Source: a bacterium
GTDB taxonomy: Bacteria; Chlamydiota; Chlamydiia; Chlamydiales; SM23-39
Direction of reading: 5' to 3'
Assembly (NCBI GenBank): GCA_021818045.1
Contig: JAKAFF010000001.1
Location: forward strand, 1-26,271
DNA length: 26,271 bases
Below are positions 7,719 to 15,179 of the stretch, one piece after another. How positions within the stretch are numbered: the first letter of the stretch is position 1; the number at the start of each line of letters is the position of its first letter. A program made the translations under genes and the position numbers. Under the pieces are notes generated by a model, which was not told the DNA's origin, did no database searches, and was given only the letters and a program-made list of their open reading frames with translations.

Positions 7719-9446
7719 TCAATAGCTCAATAAGAGCCCCAAATGAAACTGTCCAAATCCTAGCCTTATTTCCCGTGCAGCAGCATTGTTGGTAAAAAGT
7801 TGATGCAACTTAAAACCGTAATCGATCCGGGCTTGCAAATAAGGATTAATCGTATAGCGAATACCAGGACCGACTCCCATAAGGTACTGTGTATGAGGTG
7901 GTGTTGCGATTCCTGTAATTTTCTGAACAAACCAATTATTCCCCAACCCATAATCCCAAAATGCAAGAAATATTAATTGATCCCCCACCGATCGCCAAAG
8001 ACTAATTGGCAAAGAACGCAACTCCACATTTACAATCAATCCATTATCTGTACTTAACTCTGCTTCATGATACCCACGTATCGTGTTGTACCCACCCAAA
8101 TTGATTAATTCTGTCGAAGGAAGGGTATCATTGGAAACTTGCCCACGAAGCAACACAGAAATAGTCATGATATTGGGCAAGGTAATGACATCCGCTGCAG
8201 TAATAAACGCATAACAATACTGATTTTTCGAATTAGGGCGCAGAAGACCAAAATCTTGATTAGACTGATGGGGGAGCAAAGCCCCTGGTGATCCATAGAA
8301 ATCAGCGCTCGCTATAATGTCATGTACACTCACCTTCTGTCGCATCGTATAATTAGCGTAAAACTGCGTAACATTCAAATTACTCATTACAGGAGGGCCA
8401 ATGAGTTGTGTTTCCACCACTCCCCCAGACAAAGATACTGTGTTACTATTGGTGTTTTTATATTCAAACCCAAAGCTAATTTCTTGAGAAAAGGGGGTAT
8501 ACATCGGCTTAATAGGAATTGTATAGTGCAAATAAGCCTGTGTTGCATGAGCAGTCATGGCGTGAGTAGGTGGGACGTCCGGCTCTGGAGGAATCTTCGG
8601 GTTGACTTTAGCGTAACTACCGAATAACAGCAAAAGGTGTTGCCAAGGTAAAAAAGAAGTATAGGCCCCCATGTAAGATTGATACCGCATAAAATCGTTC
8701 GAGCAGTCATACTCAAAGGTAAGCAAATCTCCTCTCCACAGCGCATTGCCCCAGGAAAACCCCCCGGCAAATCTTCCATATCCAGTGGAAGCAGACCCTG
8801 TGTCATCAGCCCTGGTATACCAGCGCAGCGGACTTCTGGCAGTGGTGGTGACTTCCAGGTTTGAAACTCCCGGCTCCTCTGCAGGGACAAACGATGTCGT
8901 AGAATAATGAAACGGATTTCTATTGAGCCAAGATAGATTATTCTGCAGCACATCTTCAGAAATTTCTTGATGAGGCACAATACCCAAGTATTGACTTAAC
9001 TGTGCATCAGTATACCATTGTTGGCCCTTGTAAATGTACACAGGACGTCCAAACTGCTGCTTTAAAACAAGAATTTGCAAAACCCCTTCTACGGTAGATT
9101 GCTTAGGCATCTCGATGTCTACTAGCAATTGTTGGTGCTTTTGATAGTAAAGAAGAACTTGTCCTTTGATTTCAATGGCAGTATCTAAATTTAATTTCCT
9201 GCCTAAATACGGCTTCAATAAAGCTTCCAATTCCTCAGGCTTTCCTGGGATCGACAGGTCTTGAATCTCTACTCCTTGAATATCAGACCGTCCTCCAGCA
9301 TGAATATTTTTGGGGTTACTTGTAATCAAAATACCACGAATATCACTCGGCGTTCCTGGCTTTTTATGAGCCAGCGCGAGCTCTGCAGACGCAGCAAACA
9401 CCTCCAAACGCACCAACACCATCAAAAATACGATCCACTTAGCCAC
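7719..9446 (-). CDS. ShlB/FhaC/HecB family (TpsB/Omp85) outer-membrane secretion protein
   Basis: POTRA-like segments (LKPYLGRKLNL...YYQKH; LSWLNRNPF); Omp85 loop-6 motif TIRGY; amphipathic beta strands; C-terminal aromatic (LLLSY). GTG 9446 gives a clean signal peptide (MAKWIVFLMVLVRLEVFA) and an 8-nt overlap with the FecR gene. ATG 9476 is an alternative start. Confidence 0.9.
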   Translation of the reverse strand: MAKWIVFLMVLVRLEVFAASAELALAHKKPGTPSDIRGILITSNPKNIHAGGRSDIQGVEIQDLSIPGKPEELEALLKPYLGRKLNLDTAIEIKGQVLLYYQKHQQLLVDIEMPKQSTVEGVLQILVLKQQFGRPVYIYKGQQWYTDAQLSQYLGIVPHQEISEDVLQNNLSWLNRNPFHYSTTSFVPAEEPGVSNLEVTTTARSPLRWYTRADDTGSASTGYGRFAGGFSWGNALWRGDLLTFEYDCSNDFMRYQSYMGAYTSFLPWQHLLLLFGSYAKVNPKIPPEPDVPPTHAMTAHATQAYLHYTIPIKPMYTPFSQEISFGFEYKNTNSNTVSLSGGVVETQLIGPPVMSNLNVTQFYANYTMRQKVSVHDIIASADFYGSPGALLPHQSNQDFGLLRPNSKNQYCYAFITAADVITLPNIMTISVLLRGQVSNDTLPSTELINLGGYNTIRGYHEAELSTDNGLIVNVELRSLPISLWRSVGDQLIFLAFWDYGLGNNWFVQKITGIATPPHTQYLMGVGPGIRYTINPYLQARIDYGFKLHQLFTNNAAAREIRLGFGQFHLGLLLSY

Positions 9447-10257
9447 AGGCAGGATTCCCTTGTGATGCAGGCACATGTAGCCACTCTCCCTCCTTTTCAC
9501 TTGCCTTTTCAGGAGACCGTGGAGATTGCATAGGCTTAGTTTTTGCAGATGGCGGATTAGGCTTTACTTTTGCTGAAGAAGACTTAGGCACCATATACAT
9601 CGACCGTCCTTCTATCTTGCTTTGAGCTCTCTGCACAGACTCTCCCCCCACAGGAGGAGCAAAGTTCAACTCAGTAAACACTGCAGGAGCTGTGGTCTCT
9701 GGTTTGCCAAGCTCTGAGTACGACATAGCAGAAACATACATACCAGAAGAAAGTTCCACTGAACCTGCCGCATTATGCACAATAACCGTTCCAAAAACAG
9801 TGCCCACATTCAGCTCCCCATCTTGAAAAAAAGCATCAAATATTGTGCCACGAATCCCAATTGTTGCAACCGGCGTGGTGACTTGATAACCACCAGGGTT
9901 CTGTTTACCAATATTGCCTGTCATAGCTCGAAAACCACCCTCAAATAAATCGACCGCAATATCTTGTTTTTCATCACTAAAAGAATAACTGCTGATGCGG
10001 TACACGGTGTTAGGCAATAAATTCACCAAGCCCTCATCCGTAAATTTCAACTGTATTTTTCCATCAGGCCCTGTAGTAAGCACATCTGCAGTAAATAAAG
10101 CAGCGCCTCGAAAAAGCACTCTTTTTGTATCCTGTAATTGGTTCGTTGCCACTACCGTTCCCTGTACAGCAACTACATGCCCGCATACTGAGGCATCTGA
10201 AGCAAACAAGTACAAGGCGTTCCATGTCACAAATACAAACGACAAAAACCATCTCAT
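9439..10257 (-). CDS. Secreted FecR-domain protein with Pro/Ser/Lys-rich tail
   Basis: Signal peptide MRWFLSFVFVTWNALYLFA; FecR pattern DVLTTGPDGKIQLKFTDEGLVNLLPNT...VTTPVATIGIRGT...GTVFGTVIV. Confidence 0.87.
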   Translation of the reverse strand: MRWFLSFVFVTWNALYLFASDASVCGHVVAVQGTVVATNQLQDTKRVLFRGAALFTADVLTTGPDGKIQLKFTDEGLVNLLPNTVYRISSYSFSDEKQDIAVDLFEGGFRAMTGNIGKQNPGGYQVTTPVATIGIRGTIFDAFFQDGELNVGTVFGTVIVHNAAGSVELSSGMYVSAMSYSELGKPETTAPAVFTELNFAPPVGGESVQRAQSKIEGRSMYMVPKSSSAKVKPNPPSAKTKPMQSPRSPEKASEKEGEWLHVPASQGNPACG

Positions 10258-10453
10258 GCTACAGACATAACATACAGAATCCCTTTCTTGTCAACCACAG
10301 GCTCACTTCAATCACACAATTCTTTTTTGGCACTCAAGCGTTGAGCATACCGAAACAGCTTGAAGAATCAGGAATGAAAGATAGTCTCTTGTGCTCTATT
10401 GGGTACGAGAACTGGTCAAATCGGGTTTGTATGGATAAAGCAAGGGACAGGAC

Positions 10454-10582
10454 ATGCAAGATCGCAAGCGACATGATGGGCAAAATAAATTTAGTGAGAT
10501 AACGAAAAAGATTGTGGGATGTTGCTTCGATGTATACACATTCGATTGTTCTGTCATTTTTCTAATTTTTTCTTGCACATAA
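10454..10582 (+). pseudogene. 5' remnant of a GxxExxY-family gene (42-codon ORF)
   Basis: ATG 10454 encodes ...FSEITKKIVGCCFDVYT, like the GxxExxY N-terminal helix (ELTxxIIGxAFEVYN). Similarity stops before the GxGxxExVY motif. Confidence 0.5.
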
Positions 10583-10623
10583 AAACCGCCTTCCCCAAAC
10601 TGTTCAAAAAATTATGAGGGTCT

Positions 10624-11913
10624 ATGTTATTTCGCGTCTCCATGTTTCTTTTTCTTAGCTCCCTAGTTGGCGCTGCTGACCTAGTCTATGTAGGCAACAA
10701 AAATGCGGGCACAATCTCTGTCATCGATTCTTCTATCCAACAAGTCATTGCCACAGTATCTCTGGGGGGCCTTCCTTCTGCAATAGCGATAGGCATCAAT
10801 CAAGCACAGGCATACGTTGTAAACACTGCTAATAATAACATATCCGTTATCGACACCACTAACCAATCTGTCACTGCAACAATCGCGGTCGGCAACGGCC
10901 CCTCTGCAATTGCTATCACTCCAGACAACCAATTCGCCTATGTATGCAACACTTCTAGCAATTCTGTATCTGTAATCAGCACAGCCTCGCAATCAGTAAT
11001 CGCAACAATCAACGTGGGAACCGGCCCTTCTGCAGTAGCTACAAACGGCACCCAAGTTTACGTGACGAATCAGCAAGACAATACCGTGTCTGTCATCAAT
11101 ATTGGAAGCCAAACAGTAATTGCAACTCTTTCCGTTGGCACATCCCCTACATCAGTCGCGGCCACTCCCAATGGCTCTCAAGTCTATGTCGGCAATCAAA
11201 ATAGTATTTCCGTTATTAACACCAACACACTGGCGGTCACTTCAATTAGCATCAATCCTTACACCGGCAGCGCTCTTGTAATTACCCCTGATAGCAGCTT
11301 TGTCTACGCATGTTCCTACAATGATGGTATCGTTGAAGTCATTCGAGTGTCCTCTCAGAGCGTGATCAGCACGATTAATGTAGGCGGATTTGGAGCGGGC
11401 ACAGATGCGATGATCATTTCTCCAGACGGATCTTCTGTGTATGTTTCCAACGGCGACTCAAGCTCTGTTTCAGTAATCAGCGTCGCCTCTCAAAGCATTG
11501 TTGCTACAATCAGTCTTGCAGTAGGCGATACGCCAGCTGCCCTTGGCATAACATCCAATGGTTCGCTGATATATGTAGCAAGCAGCAACACCAATAATGT
11601 GCAAGTTTTTAACACAAGCAATTATAGTTTACTCACAACGATCCCTGTCGGCAGTTATCCGGGCGTCATTGGAGTAGCAGCCCCCAATGCAGCCTCCGCC
11701 CTCAGCGCTAATGGTTCTGCTATCACTGCGACACAGCAAAGCCTGCAACTCACAAACTCTGCTACGGCCAATGCACTTAACGATGTACAAACGACAGGCA
11801 TTTTTTCTGCAGCACAAGGAACTTTCCCCGACTTACTCAACCCTCATATAATTGACAATTCAGTACCGTACACTCAGGAAACTAATTTACCCCCTGTATG
11901 GTGTTCTCATTAG
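10624..11913 (+). CDS. Secreted YVTN-repeat beta-propeller protein (YncE-like) with about 75-aa C-terminal tail
   Basis: Signal peptide MLFRVSMFLFLSSLVGA; GAGGG SD; eight YV-x-N...SVI repeats; Ser/Thr/Asn-rich. Confidence 0.93.
   Translation: MLFRVSMFLFLSSLVGAADLVYVGNKNAGTISVIDSSIQQVIATVSLGGLPSAIAIGINQAQAYVVNTANNNISVIDTTNQSVTATIAVGNGPSAIAITPDNQFAYVCNTSSNSVSVISTASQSVIATINVGTGPSAVATNGTQVYVTNQQDNTVSVINIGSQTVIATLSVGTSPTSVAATPNGSQVYVGNQNSISVINTNTLAVTSISINPYTGSALVITPDSSFVYACSYNDGIVEVIRVSSQSVISTINVGGFGAGTDAMIISPDGSSVYVSNGDSSSVSVISVASQSIVATISLAVGDTPAALGITSNGSLIYVASSNTNNVQVFNTSNYSLLTTIPVGSYPGVIGVAAPNAASALSANGSAITATQQSLQLTNSATANALNDVQTTGIFSAAQGTFPDLLNPHIIDNSVPYTQETNLPPVWCSH
10681..11676 (+). repeat. 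Eight tandem YVTN protein repeats of about 40-44 aa
   Basis: VYVGN, AYVVN, AYVCN, VYVTN, VYVGN, VYACS, VYVSN, IYVAS, each followed by (S/E/Q)V(I/F) and a tI.vG..P-type linker. Confidence 0.88.
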
Positions 11914-11977
11914 CGCTCTCATCTTCCTTAACTGATGCCATTTTTCATCAAGATGTCTTTGATGAGTTTCGCCGAGC

Positions 11978-12006
11978 TTGTCAAAAAATTTTGAGAAACT
12001 TAAACT
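11978..12006 (+). promoter_or_regulatory. sigma66-type promoter for the CaaX gene
   Basis: TTGTCA (11978-11983) - 17 nt - TAAACT (12001-12006). Confidence 0.55.
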
Positions 12007-12036
12007 GCGGCGTTGTTTTTCCCAAATAGGCAAATT

Positions 12037-12837
12037 ATGACATCTCGCATTCAAAGTGGGCCTTTTGCAGCGACGCCTCCTTCTCCAGAACCGCAGGCGA
12101 CGGGATTGGCGCCTTTTGCTAATTGGGAAGATCCGAGAGGCACTCTAACCCTCGTCAAATCTGCTCAGACTGCGGCTCAATTAGCAGGACGCGTGAATGC
12201 ACAGGATGGTTTTGTTAAAAAATATGCGCTCTCCGCAGATTGTCAGCGATTGATGGACCAATTTTATAGAGAGCGAATTACAATTGTCATTGATGATAGG
12301 AATGCAGCAGAGTTTCAAGGGGAAAGACTCTTCCTTCGCGAGCTTTCTCTCATGCTTTTGGAACTTGCTAAAGTGCGCGGCCGCGGCATTACTCTCAGAT
12401 TTTTGAGCGAAAAGAACAGTCAGGTGTTTGAAGAGGAAGCTCTCTTGCGGGCCGCGTTTACCCCTCAAGCTCGTGCAGGTAAGGAGGGAGCTTCTCTAGC
12501 CAACGCGCTGAGGCAGTTGCACAACGCTGCGGAAGACGCTACTGTTTTGATCATCCCTGTAGTGACTGTTCCCCTGCCTCACGAGGATGACGCTCTCCAA
12601 CAATTTCTAGGCGATCGCCAAAGGGATGCGAGAGGACACATGTCAAGACCCATCCGCTTTATGCCACGTGCGGAGGCGGCTTTTGCGTATTGCCAGACGC
12701 TCGCTGGAGGAGACATTACTGTTTTCGCAAGGGACGATCGGGCCTCGAAGGGAGAGGCGGTTGTGAAGATTGCGCTAGAGCCTTTCTTCAAGAATCCCGA
12801 ATCGCGCCCAGCCGCTAGCTGCTGCGCGATTCAATAA
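12037..12837 (+). CDS. Hypothetical protein (266 aa), vWA-like alpha/beta core, C-terminal CaaX motif; candidate secreted effector
   Basis: ATG 12037 preferred over TTG 12013. Ser/Thr/Pro-rich N-terminus; ITIVIDD...GITLRFLS; ends AGC TGC TGC GCG ATT CAA TAA = SCCAIQ*. Confidence 0.83.
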   Translation: MTSRIQSGPFAATPPSPEPQATGLAPFANWEDPRGTLTLVKSAQTAAQLAGRVNAQDGFVKKYALSADCQRLMDQFYRERITIVIDDRNAAEFQGERLFLRELSLMLLELAKVRGRGITLRFLSEKNSQVFEEEALLRAAFTPQARAGKEGASLANALRQLHNAAEDATVLIIPVVTVPLPHEDDALQQFLGDRQRDARGHMSRPIRFMPRAEAAFAYCQTLAGGDITVFARDDRASKGEAVVKIALEPFFKNPESRPAASCCAIQ

Positions 12838-12842
12838 CAACT

Positions 12843-12944
12843 TATACACAAATGAGTTCAAAAGTTGGTTTTTCGGCTGCGCCAAAGCGGCGCAATTTAC
12901 CTATCGCGTTACCCAAAACCAACTTTTGAACTCATTTGTGTATA
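12843..12944. mobile_element. 102-bp MITE-like palindromic element with TA ends (ERIC/RUP/Correia-like class)
   Basis: Perfect 30-bp inverted repeats TATACACAAATGAGTTCAAAAGTTGGTTTT at 12843-12872 and 12915-12944; 42-nt spacer with internal hairpin TGCGCC-AAAGC-GGCGCA (12878-12894). Confidence 0.78.
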
Positions 12945-13007
12945 GGCTCGATGTGCGATTTGTCGGCAGCTTTCACGCAGCTTAAATGTGAAGTTATTTA
13001 TTACATT

Positions 13008-13016
13008 TGGTATAAT
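13008..13016 (+). promoter_or_regulatory. Extended -10 promoter for DUF47-pit
   Basis: TG-G-TATAAT, a perfect extended -10, ending 27 nt before ATG 13044. Confidence 0.55.
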
Positions 13017-13043
13017 TTTTCGATTCGTGTAACATCCCTGACA

Positions 13044-13718
13044 ATGTTGACGATTGCCAAGTTGTTCGGAAAATCGCCTTTCGCGCCTCTGCAAACGCAC
13101 ATCGACAAAGTCGCGGCTTGCCTGCACGAATTACCTCCCCTATTCAAAGCGTTTATGTCCCAAGACATGGATGTGATTTGCAAAAATGCGGCCATCATTT
13201 CTCGGCTTGAACACGAAGCAGACCTGACCAAAAACGACATTCGCAACCATCTTCCCAAAAGCCTATTTCTCGCAGTAGATCGCGGAGCCATTCTTGAAAT
13301 TCTCTCTTTGCAAGACGCTCTTGCAGATCAAGCAGAACTCATTGCCAAACATGCCACCATGCGGCCCATTGACTTACTCCCCGCCATGCAAACGCCATTT
13401 CTCGCTTTTTGCCATAAAAGTCTAGACGCCTTTCACCTGGCCAAACAAATCATCAAAGAGTTGGAAGAGCTCCTGGAATGTTCTTTTGGCGGCTTTGAGG
13501 CGCAAAAAGTCAAGCGCATGGTCGAACAGACCGCATTCGCGGAATACGAAACGGACCTTTTGAAGACGCAGCTACTCAAGCAATTGTATCAAGATGGCGA
13601 GCTCATGCCCTATCCTGCCTTTCATCTACTGCACACGCTTATCGATGAAATTCGGGCCATCGCTGCGCTATCTGAAAAACTAGGCAATCGCATCCGCATG
13701 CTATTAGAGCTAAAATAA
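13044..13718 (+). CDS. DUF47 / PhoU-like phosphate transport regulator (224 aa)
   Basis: LFGKSPFAPLQTH, ISRLEHEADLTKNDIRNHLPKSLFLAVDR, LSLQDALAD; directly upstream of pit. Start moved from 12936 to ATG 13044. Confidence 0.92.
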   Translation: MLTIAKLFGKSPFAPLQTHIDKVAACLHELPPLFKAFMSQDMDVICKNAAIISRLEHEADLTKNDIRNHLPKSLFLAVDRGAILEILSLQDALADQAELIAKHATMRPIDLLPAMQTPFLAFCHKSLDAFHLAKQIIKELEELLECSFGGFEAQKVKRMVEQTAFAEYETDLLKTQLLKQLYQDGELMPYPAFHLLHTLIDEIRAIAALSEKLGNRIRMLLELK

Positions 13719-13721
13719 CTG

Positions 13722-15137
13722 ATGGACCCATTCACCCTCATCCAGACCCTGGCCCTGCTTCTCGGCTTCTACATGGCTTGGAATATCGGCGCAAATGACG
13801 TCGCAAACGCCATGGGCACCTCTGTGGGATCGCGCGCCCTTTCCCTAAGGCATGCTGTCATTCTCGCTGCCATCTTAGAGTTTTCCGGAGCTTTTTTTGT
13901 AGGATCTAGCGTCTCGCAAACCATCCAAAAAGGGATCATTGACACATCCCTCTTCCAAGCAGACCCCTGGACCTTTGTCCTTGGCATGATGGGATCGCTT
14001 CTTGCCACAGGTTTGCTTTTGCAAGCGGCCTCTTACTTTGGCCTTCCCCTCTCCACAACTCACGCAATCGTTGGATCGGTCGTCGGCTTTGGATTGTGTG
14101 TTGCGGGCATCCACGCCATCCATTGGCAAGAGCTCGCCTGGATCGCCTCCAGCTGGATCCTCTCACCGCTCCTGAGCGGCCTTGTCGCCTATGCGATCTT
14201 CTCGATCATCCAAAAAAAGATTCTCTTTACCTTAAACCCCATCGAAGCCGCCACAAAACTCACCCCCGCTCTCGTTTTTTTATGCTTTAGCGTCGTCACA
14301 CTCAGCTTAGTATTTCACGGCCTGCACCTCGACCTCTCCTTCACCCACGCCATCTCCCTTTCTTCCTGTGTAGGACTGAGCGCTGCCTCCGTGAGCCATC
14401 TTTTAGTCAAACGCAAATACCAGGCAACGCCGCAGCTTGCCTTAGGATTGCAGTTACACCAAGCCATCAGTCTTGAAAAGGCGCTCTACCACTTACAACG
14501 CGTGCATCTTTCCAACCAAGCGGGCGCCCATGCACAAGAAATCTCCCAAATCCTACACCAAATGCATCAACTCAACGACACCGTGCGAAAAAGCTCCCCC
14601 CTTCTCCAGTCGGCCACTCCTTATCACAGCGTAGAGCAAATCTTTATTCCCCTCCAAATCCTCAGCGCATGCCTCGTGGCTTTTGCTCATGGAGCCAACG
14701 ACGTTGCCAACGCTATAGGCCCCGTGGCCGCCATCGTCGGCGTCTTCCAAACACACGCCATCCCCACCCACTCTCCCATTCCTTCATGGCTTTTGGCACT
14801 TGGCGGCAGCGGCATTGTCATCGGTCTTGCGACCTGGGGATGGCGCGTCATCGAAACAGTTGGCAAGAGGATCACAGAGCTCACTCCAACGCGCGGATTT
14901 TCTGCGGAATTTGGCGCAGCGCTCACCATCCTTCTCGCATCCAAACTTGGCCTTCCCATCTCCACAACACACGCCCTCATTGGGGCGGTGCTAGGTGTTG
15001 GCCTTGCAGGCGGCATCAAAGCCCTCAACTTACAAACCCTCAAAGAAATCGTCATCTCTTGGGCAGTCACAATTCCCCTTTGTGCACTCGTTAGCATCCT
15101 GGCCTTTCACGCTTTAAAATTGTGCATCAAAATGTAA
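13722..15137 (+). CDS. pit: Inorganic phosphate transporter, PiT family
   Basis: Two signature motifs, GANDVANAMGTSVGS and HGANDVANAIGP; duplicated P(L/I)STTHA; multi-TM. Confidence 0.96.
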   Translation: MDPFTLIQTLALLLGFYMAWNIGANDVANAMGTSVGSRALSLRHAVILAAILEFSGAFFVGSSVSQTIQKGIIDTSLFQADPWTFVLGMMGSLLATGLLLQAASYFGLPLSTTHAIVGSVVGFGLCVAGIHAIHWQELAWIASSWILSPLLSGLVAYAIFSIIQKKILFTLNPIEAATKLTPALVFLCFSVVTLSLVFHGLHLDLSFTHAISLSSCVGLSAASVSHLLVKRKYQATPQLALGLQLHQAISLEKALYHLQRVHLSNQAGAHAQEISQILHQMHQLNDTVRKSSPLLQSATPYHSVEQIFIPLQILSACLVAFAHGANDVANAIGPVAAIVGVFQTHAIPTHSPIPSWLLALGGSGIVIGLATWGWRVIETVGKRITELTPTRGFSAEFGAALTILLASKLGLPISTTHALIGAVLGVGLAGGIKALNLQTLKEIVISWAVTIPLCALVSILAFHALKLCIKM

Positions 15138-15174
15138 AGCCGCTTTACATCGCAAAAAAGTCTGTGTATACACA
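15132..15174. promoter_or_regulatory. Putative glgP promoter overlapped by two palindromes
   Basis: ATGTAAAGC-C-GCTTTACAT (15132-15150) and TGTGTATACACA (15163-15174); TTTACA (15144-15149) - 17 nt - TATACA (15167-15172). Confidence 0.4.
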
Positions 15175-15179
15175 AGAGC

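Noticed and set aside
10396-10578. 60-aa Cys-rich minus-strand ORF (CPSC...CMSC) resembling a zinc ribbon
   Set aside because: Antisense to the GxxExxY remnant, with no SD or recognisable family; likely chance.
10681-11676. Periodic sequence as a possible CRISPR array or DNA tandem repeat
   Set aside because: The periodicity is at protein level (YVTN blades), with divergent DNA and no repeat-spacer structure.
11945-11965. TCATCAA-N7-TTGATGA inverted repeat after the YVTN gene
   Set aside because: Short, AT-rich and without a clear U-tract; too weak to call a terminator or operator.
12987-13005. TGTGA-N9-TTACA as a CRP-like site
   Set aside because: Spacing is 9, not the 6 required, and the second half-site is imperfect.
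12936-13043. Upstream extension of the DUF47 ORF
   Set aside because: Starts inside the MITE arm and spans the TATAAT promoter; family similarity begins at ATG 13044.
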